A DNA stretch of 64,000 nucleotides, from the NCBI GenBank assembly GCA_964016885.1, contig OZ024750.1:37634001-37698000 (forward strand), given 5' to 3'. Below, piece by piece: positions 1 to 10,209 of the stretch. This stretch comes from Eledone cirrhosa. Taxonomy: Eukaryota. Each line of letters begins with the position of its first letter. The stretch's first letter is position 1. The notes below the pieces were generated by a model, which saw only the letters and a program-made list of their open reading frames with translations, was not told the DNA's origin and made no database searches. A program made the position numbers and the translations under genes.

Positions 1-261
1 TGCAACTTCGTTTACTCGTGCTTTTCCAGTAAAACTATTGTAATGATTATGACGAGTTTATAGTGCCGTTTAATATTTGAAACTTTCTTCACGGCAATGG
101 TTTTCGAAGTGCTCAATGAAAAAATAGCTAAGTGTGCAGCCATCGTTAGAAGTTCGGCACTCCAAATCCACTTTTCTTTTCTTAGCTTCCATGGGCTTGT
201 TTTTGTTCAAACAAAAAAAGATTTATGGAAAGGAAAAAGAACAAAAAGTATAATAATCAGA

Positions 262-525
262 ATGAAGAAATAATTGTTTCTACTTTAGGCACAAGGCCAG
301 CAATTACCCAGTGCATTACTGGTACTTTATTTTATCGACCCCGTAAGGATGAAAGGCAAAGTCAACCTCGGCGGGATTTGAACTCAGATCGTAAAGGGAC
401 GTAATATGAAGAAATAATTGTTTCTACTTTAGGCACACGGCCAGCAATTACCCAGTGCATTACTGGTACTTTATTTTATCGACCTCGTAAGGATGAAAGG
501 CTAAGTCAACCTCGGCGGGATATGA
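262..525 (-). mobile_element. tRNA-derived SINE fragment, tandemly duplicated (144-bp period, second copy truncated)
   Basis: ATGAAGAAATAATTGTTTCTACTTTAGGCAC starts at 262 and again at 406. The minus strand carries a B-box-like GAGTTCAAAT. A closely related copy lies at 16986-17157. It resembles abundant octopus SINEs (recalled, not searched). Confidence 0.75.
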
Positions 526-1214
526 AAACAAATGTAAATGCAAATACAGTAATGCGATAAAATATGATAATTGTGAATATAAAACCAGGTTTCTGTTAGA
601 TCAGGGTTACCATTTGTTTTTTTAAACCACTTTTGGCCTAATTCTAATAATAATAATAATAATAATTTACACAATTTATCACAAATAATTAAATAAACGT
701 TATTATTGAATAAAGATACCTACTGTATAGTTGTTATACCACCAGACAACAAACTCAAATGAAAATACTCTGGGGAGGAAGGAACGAAGTAATTTTTCCC
801 AGGACAGCTTTACCTTGTGCCGGGGGGCACAGGTAAGGTCAGGCAAACGAAGACGACAATAATTCACGAGTGATTTTATTGAAAGACGATATGGGTATAA
901 AAGCGAGTCATACGATCCGTAGGGTAGTATACCTTCCAGTCGATGACGAAAATGCATACTTCCAACCAACATTTGTGTTTGTTGACTAGAACAAAAACAC
1001 ATACATGAAATCACAGGAAATAATACGGAAAGCCCAGAAAAAGACGGATAAGAGGAAATAATAATAAATGGAAAATATAATAAGGTTTAAAGGTATCTGT
1101 AAATATATACGTTATGAGCAGCGATTTGTGATGGGCATCAGGTCGACACAGCCTTGAAGTGTACTACTGTATCTATATTCGATACTAATTAGATAATTAG
1201 TGTCCAGTGTAAGA

Positions 1215-1274
1215 TGGCGGGCCGGACAAAAATCGCTCGAGGGCCGGATGTGGGCCGGGGGTTGCCGACCCCTG
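1215..1274. mobile_element. hAT (Charlie-like) MITE right terminus
   Basis: GGCGGGCCGGAC...GGGCCGGATGTGGGCCG...GTTGCCGACCCCTG is a typical hAT-MITE subterminal/TIR end. It is followed by TACTAGAG, a TAGA-core target. The left end was not located. Confidence 0.55.
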
Positions 1275-1329
1275 TACTAGAGTATCAAGGATTATAATGA
1301 TGGTATTTTGTTTGAATTTAGAACATTAG

Positions 1330-2530
1330 GTGGTTTCATCAATCACCAAAGATTTAAGGTGAAGACTCTTACTAGAACAAAAATGCTTCTTGTTTGCTGA
1401 TAATGCAGCTCTAAACCAATTTAAGAAGAGGCATAACACTACTTATGCCCCAAAACAGAGCACGTTAGGTAAAATTATTGTGGACAACAAGCCTCTAAAG
1501 TATGTGAAGTCTTTCACATACTGAGGAAGTAAAATCAATTCTAGTGATTCTCTAGACCAGTCTTGGGCAATCTGTGGCCCGTGGAGCTTTCTGAGTATCT
1601 CGCCTAAGTTACCTAAGTGAAATCTTTCTGCTTTTTTTACCCCGAGTTTTCAGTCGTAATTTATTATCTTTCTATCATCTTTACGATCGAGGAAAACAAC
1701 CTGAGTTACAGCCCTTTTATTTTAATGTGGGCACGAATGTAAATTAGCGCTTGCGGCCTGCCTGATGATGAACAATATCTCATGTGGCCCACTACTCGAA
1801 AAAGGTTGTCCATGCCTGCTCTAGACGATGAAATAGTGAATAAAATCACCAAGGCTATTGAGGCCTTCAGAAAACTGCAAGCATGGGTATGAAATAAGAG
1901 AGGATTGAGTTTGAAACCAAAATCTCAGTTTATCTTGCAAGTTGTCATCTCAATATTGCTGTATGAATCTGAATCGTGGGCACCATATAGAAAATATATC
2001 ACACAGGTACTTTCTACAAGAGATGTCTTAGAAATATCTGTAGTTTCACATGTAACACAAACCCTCTAATGAACAAACTCTTAAATGTGATATACAAAGC
2101 ATAGAAGCTTTCTTGATAAAGTCCCAATGGGCTGGCCATGTTGCGAGGATAAATGATGAAAGACTGCTGAAAATACTCATTTATTGCCAACTTCAGGCAG
2201 GACTGCATAATGTAGGAATACCTCTTCTTAGATACTAGGATAAGCTAAAGAATATATCAAGCATATTGAAATACAACCATCAGAATTTGAAGAATGTACT
2301 GCTACTGTAATAGGTTGAGGAAAAGCTGTCAAAATGGCATCAGCAGCCATGTCAACAAGGATTGAACACAGATAATCTGAAGCAAGGTGAAAGGAATGCA
2401 GTTTCTGTTGTGTGTGAAGGATGCGGTCTGATTTACAAAAGCAGGGCAGGTTTAATGTCTCACAGAAGACACAAACAGTAAAATGTGAAGTAAAGGGAGA
2501 GTAATATTTTGTTGGACTTCTTGCATTGAA
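1330..2530 (+). pseudogene. RTE-clade LINE, degraded RT C-terminal half, interrupted by a MITE
   Basis: Translation from 1501 gives YVKSFTY*GSKINSSDSLD|DEIVNKITKAIEAFRKLQAWV*NKRGLSLKPK, then ILLYESESW and QWAGHVARINDERLLKIL. These match the RTE ORF motifs FTYLGS, LLYGSE.W and WAGHV.R, with stops and frameshifts. Confidence 0.85.
1558..1818. mobile_element. hAT-family MITE, 261 bp, with 8-bp TSD CTCTAGAC
   Basis: CTCTAGAC occurs at 1550-1557 and 1819-1826. The imperfect TIRs CAGTCTTGGGCAATC and GGTTGTCCATGCCTG match at 11/15 positions. Removing the element and one TSD restores the RTE reading frame. Confidence 0.9.
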
Positions 2531-2801
2531 CACGACAAATGAGTCCATCATACATACATATATCACCAGTCAACATAAACTAACCAACATATGAACGCAA
2601 AACGTTAGACATTTCTATACCTTATATATTCATTCTGTCATTACAACAGTAAAGGTCCGATGAGCTTTTGATTCCAGAGTTGAGTCAGATCAATACAGAT
2701 CGAACCTTGAGCTGATCAATAGCGAAATGCACGTCACAATCAATAAATGTAATGAAGGCCTAACAAATCGTCCTTGTATTATTATAATATATATATATAT
2801 A

Positions 2802-2867
2802 TAGTGGATTGGGGTGTATATTTGGTTAAGAGGCACCTCTTAGCCAAATATACACCCCAATCCACTA
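2802..2867. repeat. Near-perfect 66-bp palindrome (32-bp arms, 1 mismatch, 2-nt spacer)
   Basis: TAGTGGATTGGGGTGTATATTTGGTTAAGAGG-CA-CCTCTTAGCCAAATATACACCCCAATCCACTA, adjacent to an (AT)n tract. Confidence 0.9.
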
Positions 2868-3039
2868 CCCCTACCCTATCCTTCCACTCCCACCAACACC
2901 ACCCTCTCTCTGTAAAGTTGGTACCACAACATCCTGTCCAAATAAATGAGATAATGAGATGGAGATCGTGTAGGTGTCACGACAAAAAAAACACACAGTC
3001 CACTCTGTAATGTGGCCATGTAGGTAACACGGTAAAAAC

Positions 3040-3221
3040 CTCCCAGTCCACACTGTAAATGTGGTTGGTGTTAGGAAGGGCATCCAGCTGTAGAAAACCT
3101 GCCAGATAGGCCTATATGAGCGAGACACGATCTCCCGACCAACCTTGCCTCAAGTGGGACAACTCCCGTCTAACCCATGCTAGCGTGGAAGATGGACGTT
3201 AAATGAAGATGATGATGATGA
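3040..3221 (+). mobile_element. SINE 3' part ending in a (GAT)n tail
   Basis: CACACTGTAAATGTGGTTGGTGTTAGGAAGGGCATCCAGCTGTAGAAA...GGACGTTAAATGAAGATGATGATGAT. The internal segment recurs at about 3445-3495. Confidence 0.65.
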
Positions 3222-3229
3222 TATAGCGA

Positions 3230-3500
3230 AGGTGCATGGCTTTGTGATTAGAGGATTGGGCTTGCAATCAAAAGGTTGTGAGTTCAATTCTCGGACCGGG
3301 TGATGTATTGTTTCCTTGAGCAAGACACTTTATTTCACATTGCTCCAGTTTACTCAGCTGTAGAAATGAGATGATAGGACTGGGGTCCCTATTATTCCAC
3401 TGCAATGTGGTTCTGTAGGTGCCACGGAAAAAAGCACCCAGCACTCACTGTAAATGAGGTTAATGTTAGAAAGGGCATTCAGCTGTAGAAATCTAGCCAG
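3230..3500 (+). mobile_element. tRNA-headed SINE (head, conserved central block and partial tail)
   Basis: A-box-like TGGCTTTGTGATTAGAG, B-box GAGTTCAATTC, then TTTCCTTGAGCAAGACACTT (CORE/Meta-like block), and a tail segment shared with 3040-3100. Confidence 0.7.
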
Positions 3501-3531
3501 TGGACAGAACTATTAATGCAAAGAGACAAAC

Positions 3532-5030
3532 ATGAGGAGGGTAAATGGTCCTGTGTGGAAAACTGATAGAGACAAATGCTATCAACAAGGTTTTTTAGAA
3601 AATGATGAGCATTGGGACCTTGTACTGACTGAAGCATTAGTGTCAGATTCTCCAAGGAAACTCCGTAACCTTTTTGTAATTATGCTGAACATGTGTCAAC
3701 TTGTCAGTCCCCTACAGCTTTGGATGAAACATCGTGAGGACATGGCTGAGGACTTAAAGCATGCAGTTCAACAGGCAAACCCAGATCTCAATATTCAGTT
3801 CTCTGAAAAAAGTTTTAACCAAGCACTGATTGAAATCGAGGATCAAGTTTTGGCCATAGGAGGCAAAAATTTGCAAGAGTCTGGCTCTGGACTGCCCAAA
3901 ACAAACCTTCAAGTTAGTGATTTAACTTCAAGAGACATAGCAAGAGAGACAAATTATGACATCACAGAGTTGGCTGCATTTGTGAATGAACATTAACCGA
4001 AACTTCTTCCAGAACAACGCTGGGCATATTATGAAATCATTTCGTCAGTCAGAGAAAAAAGTGGAGGAATTTTCTTTGTTGATACTCCAGGTGGCACAGG
4101 TAACATTTGTAACAACATTGCTTCTCTCCAAGGTAAGGCAGCAAAAAGAATTGCAGTTGCTGTAGCATCTCCCAGGAGGACAAACAGTTCATTCTGCTTT
4201 TAAATTACCGCTAAATTTGGTGACAAACGACAGGCCAGTTTGTAACAAGCAAAGGTTCAGGTTCAGCAGAAGTGTTGCGTCAATGCCACCTGATCATTTG
4301 AGATGAATGCGCCATGTCACATAGAGGTGCAATGGAAGATCTTGATAAGACCTTACAAGACATAAGAGGCAACAATAAATCTATGGGAGGAGTTACATTA
4401 GTTTTATCAAGAGACTTCAGACAGACATTACCAGTCATTCCGAGAGGAACAAGAGCTGATGAAATAAAAGCATGTATTAAGTCTTCGCAGCTATCGTATA
4501 AAGTACAGAAATTCTCCTTCAATACTAACATGCGATACTTATTATATGGGGACCAATGTGCAGAACAGTTTTCAACCCGACTCTTTCAATTAGAAAATGG
4601 GGCACTACCAATTGATGAGAATGGTGATATCAGTTTGTCACATATTGTTATCATGGTGGATTTCCCAGCTGAATTGAAGAACAGGGTATTTCCAGACTTA
4701 AGTAATCATTATAATTCACATAAATGGTTGTGTGAAAGGGCAATGCTTGCTCCAAAAATGAGACAGTAGCAAGAACTAACCATGAATTAATGAATAAGAT
4801 TCCAACAGTAATTAAGGAGTACAAATCAGTTGATTCAGTCATTGATGAAAATCAAGCTGTCCACTAACCAACAGAGTTCCTTAATTCTCATCAGCCAACT
4901 TTTTCTGAAGGTAGGAGTCCCAATAATGCTTCTATGAAATTTAGATCCTCCTAAATTATGCAATGGGACAAGGTTGATTGTGAAGACATTATCACCTAAT
5001 GTGATAGAAGCTACTATGGTTGATGGCAAG
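3532..5030 (+). pseudogene. Helitron RepHel, PIF1-like helicase region, disrupted
   Basis: GFLENDEHW..LTEA...SPRKLRNLF, Walker A remnant DTPGGTG at 4081, LII*DECAMSH, GGVTLVLSRDFRQTLPVIP, LCERAMLAPK and LKVGVPIMLL*NLDPPKLCNGTRLIV. It has multiple stops and frameshifts, and the C-terminal helicase motifs are absent. Confidence 0.92.
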
Positions 5031-5261
5031 GAACTATCATAACATCATCATCTAGATGAACATTCAATCACTTACCTGCACACACGCAATCACGTTGGTT
5101 TATGAATGAATGAAGAATTTACTTAATCATTTTTGTAATTCAGGAAAGTTTATTTAAATGTGTGCAGTAAATAAATATATACATATACACCAGGAACCAA
5201 ACTCTCACCGTCATTGATTCCGTTTTTCCTACTATTCCTATCTCTCACTATTATGAGCAAA

Positions 5262-6650
5262 TGGGGGGGGGGGGGGGTCCCAGCCCTGGTGGACAGAATA
5301 GAAGCGTTTCCCCGGAGGATGGTGAGGGAGATGCACTGGAAAAGCCATTCCAGCTTGCGAGGCTCACACCTGCGGCTGGCCAACTCTGTGCCGAGTCGGA
5401 AGGTGGCCCTAGGGCCAAAGACACCAGAAGTCTCCACTGCTACGGGTAGCCAACTCCGTGGTGAGTAGAGAGGTCGTCCTAGGGCCAAAGACACCAGAAG
5501 TCTCCACTGCTACGGGTAGCCAACTCCGTGGTGAGTAGAGAGGTCGTCCTAGGGCCAAAGACACCAGAAGTCTCCACTGCTACGGGTAGCCAACTCCATG
5601 GTGAGTAGAGAGGTCGTCCTAGGGCCAAAGACACCAGAAGTCTCCACTGCTACGGGTAGCCAACTCCGTGGTGAGTAGAGAGGTCGTCCTAGGGCCAAAG
5701 ACACCAGAAGTCTCCACTGCTACGGGTAGCCAACTCCATGGTGAGTAGAGAGGTCGTCCTAGGGCCAAAGACACCAGAAGTCTCCACTGCTACGGGTAGC
5801 CAACTCCGTGGTGAGTAGAGAGGTCGTCCTAGGGCCAAAGACACCAGAAGTCTCCACTGCTACGGGTAGCCAACTCCGTGGTGAGTAGAGAGGTCGTCCT
5901 AGGGCCAAAGACACCAGAAGTCTCCACTGCTACGGGTAGCCAACTCCATGGTGAGTAGAGAGGTCGTCCTAGGGCCAAAGACACCAGAAGTCTCCACTGC
6001 TACGGGTAGCCAACTCCGTGGTGAGTAGAGAGGTCGTCCTAGGGCCAAAGACACCAGAAGTCTCCACTGCTACGGGTAGCCAACTCCGTGGTGAGTAGAG
6101 AGGTCGTCCTAGGGCCAAAGATACCAGAAGTCTCCACTGCTACGGGTAGCCAACTCCATGGTGAGTAGAGAGGTCGTCCTAGGGCCAAAGACACCAGAAG
6201 TCTCCACTGCTACGGGTAGCCAACTCCGTGGTGAGTAGAGAGGTCGTCCTAGGGCCAAAGACACCAGAAGTCTCCACTGCTACGGGTAGCCAACTCCGTG
6301 GTGAGTAGAGAGGTCGTCCTAGGGCCAAGGACACCTGAAGTCTCCACTGCTACGGGTAGCCAACTCCGTGGTGAGTAGAGAGGTCGTCCTAGGGCCAAGG
6401 ACACCAGAAGTCTCCACTGCTACGGGTAGCCAACTCCGTGGTGAGTAGGGAGGTGGTCCTAGGGCCAAGGACACCAGAAGTCTCCACTGCTACGGGTAGC
6501 CAACTCCGTGGTGAGTAGGGAGGTGGTCCTAGGGCCAAGGACACCTGAAGTCTCCACTGTTACGGGCTCGACCAGAAACCTGTCGGAGTGTGACTGATAT
6601 TTGGCGAGTTTACTCTCCTTGGCCTAAAGTGCAGCAGAGCCTGGGTTAAT
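5262..6650 (-). mobile_element. CRE-like non-LTR retrotransposon 3' fragment (restriction-like endonuclease C-terminus), expanded by an internal tandem array
   Basis: The minus strand reads PGSAAL*AKESKLAKYQSHSDRFLVEPVTVETSGVLGP on the right of the array, and PVAVETSGVFGP...EPRKLEWLFQCISLTILRGNASIL on the left. This fits the K..KY...P.AVET.G...S....RGNA signature of CRE-type elements. Confidence 0.8.
5379..6566. repeat. 70-bp tandem repeat, about 16.5 near-identical copies plus a diverged partial lead-in
   Basis: Unit AGGGCCAAAGACACCAGAAGTCTCCACTGCTACGGGTAGCCAACTCCGTGGTGAGTAGAGAGGTCGTCCT at 5411, 5481 and so on up to 6531 (partial). Confidence 0.98.
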
Positions 6651-6834
6651 TAAAAGTTTTACACTGTAGCTTTCACCGACTTTTGCCTCTATGGCAGTAG
6701 GATCTTGTGTGAGGGAGATTTGTTTTCTATTTCTTTTAGGTACACCAACAGTTATAGTGGCTTCCATGACATACGTACATACATACTACATACACACACA
6801 TGTATGAGTGTGAGTGTGTGTGTGTAAGACTATT

Positions 6835-6990
6835 AACTGTGATTTGAAATGGATTTTGCTAATATTTCTAGTAGATCAAGGTTCCATACAATCTTTCCTT
6901 TTTGCTTCATACATATATACAGTAGACTGGGATTTGAAAGAAATTTGGCTGCTATTTCTAACAGGTCTAGTTAGCTACCATAAAAAGATC
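6835..6990. repeat. Two short related fragments, probably interspersed-repeat remnants
   Basis: CTGTGATTTGAAATGGATTTTGCTAATATTTCTAGTAGATC (about 6837) resembles CTGGGATTTGAAAGAAATTTGGCTGCTATTTCTAACAGGTC (about 6927). Confidence 0.4.
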
Positions 6991-7008
6991 TCACTTATAC
7001 TACTATAC

Positions 7009-7935
7009 ATAGCAGAGGTACCCAGGAATGTTTGTATGTTCTTCCAAAGTAACACTATGCAGTAAAGTTGCAACTTCAGAATTCCTTACAAACTATATGA
7101 CTAAGGAATTAATATCTATTGTTGTTATTGAAGGAGGTATTATGACATTGCTCATTCCAAAGCCTCTGGATAAACAACATTCTTGGTTTTGCCCTGTGGT
7201 ACTACAATGATGACACAATCAGGGTTTCCAACCCTTGTACCAACATAGAGTTGACCATGTGAAAAGACAGGATCTGCCAGGTTCAACCCAATGACTATCA
7301 ATGATTGTCCTTGAGATTTATTGGTCATGGCAAAACTGAGTCTGATAGGAAATTGAAGTCTTTGAAATTCAAATAGCAGAGGTATTCTGAGAATGAAACA
7401 ATTGTCACCAGCAAAATTTTCCAGACATGATTGTGACTTCTAGGGCATTGGGCAACATATTTTTAATGATGAGTCTTGTGACATAAGGCTGTCAAGGCTC
7501 ATTTTCATCCACAAACTTACGCAATGCTTCAATATCGTGGTTTGTCTCTTGAAAATCTTATTGTGTTACCTCCAGTTCTTCTGGTTCTGGCATCCCGCAG
7601 TGCTATTGATTGCCTGAACTCCATAAGACAGGTTGCAGAGAGCTTAACTGTTATTCCTGGAGGTATATTCCATATACATATTGCCATGATGTCTTTGGGT
7701 TTGGTGTAGATAGTCGTCCGACATACTGCTTTTGTATTTCTGCCAGAGCAGATGAGCTTTATCAATTCCACATGCTGTGAGTATAATAGCAAGCAACTAT
7801 CTTATCTGACTGGTTACTCAAGTGACTGCTGCTTCTTTTAAGCTCTTCTTCCAACGTCCATTGTCATGCAGGAGTCCATGCTGTTTACATGCTTCTTGGT
7901 ATGTTGTGCACACTCTTCCTCCAAATCCCCTGAGA
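7009..7935 (-). pseudogene. Second Helitron RepHel remnant, internally deleted, retaining the helicase C-terminus and a probable 3' end
   Basis: The minus strand reads TYQEACKQHGLLHDNGRWKKSLKEAA (pre-helicase region), then FEFQRLQFPIRLSFAMTNKSQGQSLIVIGLNLADPVFSHGQLYV and QGKTKNVVYPEALE* (stop at 7152-7154). A Helitron-like 3' end CCTGGGTACCTCTGCTAT lies near 7009-7026. Confidence 0.88.
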
Positions 7936-8084
7936 TATATACACACACACATGTATCTAAGAACGCTGACACACACACGCATGCACACATATATACACAG
8001 CCCATTACGACTTTTGTGAAAGAGACAGAGAAAAAGAAGTAACATTGAGGACGGAAGAGAGTTAAGAAGTGTGTAAAAAAAAAT

Positions 8085-8345
8085 GATTTCATTTATTGAC
8101 ATGTAGGGGACAATACAAAGATAGGGAGTGGGGGTTTACAATAAACTCGAGTAAAAGTGCACAATAGCAAAAACAATTTAACAATGAAATATATAAAATA
8201 AACTATGTATAAACATAAAAAAAATTCCCCAAAATTCCACCAATTCTGAACCACCCTGCACTTCTAGGGCACCCGAAGAGAGCACCCCTCTCCTCCTCAA
8301 ATTAATCAGCCTACAGGCGCATGGTCAGATGGGTTATTGACATTC
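8085..8345 (-). mobile_element. Possible LINE 3' UTR remnant
   Basis: The minus strand has a purine-rich segment, then a T-rich tract, ending TTTGTATTGTCCCCTACATGTCAATAAATGAAAT with an AATAAA signal. Family assignment is by resemblance only. Confidence 0.35.
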
Positions 8346-9368
8346 AAATACAGTGGGTTAAATAGATGAATGGCCGGAGTATAAAATAAAGAATAATGAA
8401 TAAAAAAAAAAATAATGGAGGTGAAGATTGATGGCGTGTATGAGAGGGTGTGTCTATAAAAAAGTATATCCGGGTGATATGGCCGATCGAATTATGTTTG
8501 TCGCAGTTTGTAGTTAGAGAATTTAGTGGCGGCTTTTTGTCTACAGAAAATTGTCCGTTCTATCTTGCTATTGCAGAGTCCACTGTGGTACATTCCATTT
8601 CTGTGTAGGCCCTTGCATTTGATAACTTTGACTAGTTAATTTCATATTCCTGATTAATGTCCTAAAGCTGCCATATTTTATTGGTCAGCGTCGTTGTATT
8701 ACCGAGTTTTCGTTTTTTTATGGAGGATCGATGCATATACCAATAGTGCACAGGTATCCCATACTGGACTCCAGGCATCTATTCTGTTGTGGGCAGGTGG
8801 CAGTTACATTTGGAGGGCTTCCTATGTACAAATTCCTCGTTATAGTTCGAGACAGGCTGGGATTTTGGGCAATAGGTGTTTTGTTATGATAGCTATACAT
8901 AACTAACACACACGCATATCTTCATTTTAAATATATTTATAGTTCAGTGACTGATAAAGAATATTTTTTTTGAGACATGCATATTGTAATATACAATATA
9001 CACTTGTAGTCTAGTAGGAAAACCAGTCAACATTGTCCTTGTTAAGTGCAATAAAAAAAAAACAATTTTCGTAATATAAAATGAGGTGGGGTCCCTTGTT
9101 TCCAGGCCTTCATGTGGAATGTAGGGAAAATAAAAGGCTGTATATTGTTTTTCTGGTCCGTTTATCCAGCCGAAAGTTCTTTAATAATTTTCAGTCCGTC
9201 CAGTGGTAAGGGTATGCAGTAAGTTTAACTAACCCCACAAGCGGGAAGTTTAGGGTGTATCCGTTGCCAGAATTTTTTCACAGAGAACATTTGGGAGCTA
9301 TTTTGATACAATTCCATTCAAGAACTCAACTTTTTCTGCTAATAGCTTCGTAGTACTCACTGCTTCGA

Positions 9369-10109
9369 CTAACAGCTATTAAATTCGATCAACTCTTGTA
9401 AAACTCTAGAGTTTTTAATATAATTTTTATTGATTTGCCAAAACTTTTGAAAGTTTTCGGGCATGTCTTCTATTTCAAGCAAAATGTTATAAACCTTCAT
9501 AAACAGTGACCTGGGATATGAAGTATCGTATTTTTTAAACACACTCTCCGTCCTTGTCCAGTTATTCTCGCTATCGTTAAACACGTCTAAATCCTTAAGC
9601 AGATATTCAAGTAGTTTTATACATTTTATACGTTCTGCAAATCTCACAAATTGAATGTTGCCTTTAAAATCATTCCCAGGAAACGGCTGTTTTTGGAATA
9701 TCTCCAAATTGTCAAAATTTTCTCGAGGTAAAATATTTCTATTTTCTCTCCACAAGTTAAAATCTTTTTCAATAATTTGACAACAATGGGATTTTCCAAT
9801 GCGGAAAAAAAAAAGTTTTAGTTCGTTCACAGTCTCCTCATCCCCAACATATTTCTTACAGATATAGTACTTAAGTAGAACAGAACATATACGACGTATA
9901 TTCTGAGGGTAAGTTTCTTCTACCTCACGAACAAAATGTGGATTAAAACCCATATATGCACTAAGTTTCACAATATCCTCCATATCATACACGTTTCTAG
10001 AAAGTTTTTCCAAGAAATCAATTTGAAAAAATCCGGAAGTAATATCTTCACCATTTCTATGGAGTGGTTCACCAGCCATCTCTATATCCAACATCACACT
10101 TTGTCGCAT
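9369..10109 (-). CDS. Uninterrupted 246-aa ORF with a death-domain-like N-terminal half and a possible second degenerate helical repeat
   Basis: It is the longest ORF in the window and is intact in AT-rich DNA. Residues ~30-116, FLEKLSRNV..EDIVKLSAYMGFNPHFVREVEETYPQNIRRICSVLLKYY...EETVNELKLFFFRIGKSHCCQIIE, follow the death-domain pattern LA..LG.....I..Ie..yp......mL..W....aT...L...L..igr.d. The true start may be M6 or M11. Confidence 0.6.
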   Translation of the reverse strand: MRQSVMLDIEMAGEPLHRNGEDITSGFFQIDFLEKLSRNVYDMEDIVKLSAYMGFNPHFVREVEETYPQNIRRICSVLLKYYICKKYVGDEETVNELKLFFFRIGKSHCCQIIEKDFNLWRENRNILPRENFDNLEIFQKQPFPGNDFKGNIQFVRFAERIKCIKLLEYLLKDLDVFNDSENNWTRTESVFKKYDTSYPRSLFMKVYNILLEIEDMPENFQKFWQINKNYIKNSRVLQELIEFNSC

Positions 10110-10209
10110 AGAATTACAGCCCTTTAGGATCTGAGTTCAAATAGAATTACAGCCCTTTAGGATCTGAGTTCAAATAGAATTACAGCCCTTTAGGATCTGA
10201 GTTCAAATA
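10108..10209 (+). repeat. 33-bp x3 tandem repeat derived from the SINE head (B-box)
   Basis: ATAGAATTACAGCCCTTTAGGATCTGAGTTCAA at 10108, 10141 and 10174. Its reverse complement matches SINE TTGAACTCAGATCGTAAAGGGACGTAA (378-404) and TTGAACTCAGACCATAAAGGGCCATAA (about 17095-17121). Confidence 0.9.

Noticed and set aside
602-615. CAGGGTTACC as the left TIR partner of the hAT end at 1274
   Set aside because: The TIR match is poor and the flanking 8-mers (TGTTAGAT versus TACTAGAG) do not form a TSD.
703-1014. 103-aa minus-strand ORF ending in ...RSFLPRVF..., faintly like a LINE ORF2 C-terminus
   Set aside because: One short motif is not enough to assign it, and there is no other domain evidence.
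3230-3300. tRNA gene
   Set aside because: It has A/B boxes but no convincing cloverleaf, and it continues into a SINE body.
3532-4769. Functional cellular PIF1 helicase gene
   Set aside because: It has multiple stops and frameshifts, broken Walker motifs, no splice pattern that rescues the frame, and a Helitron-type upstream region.
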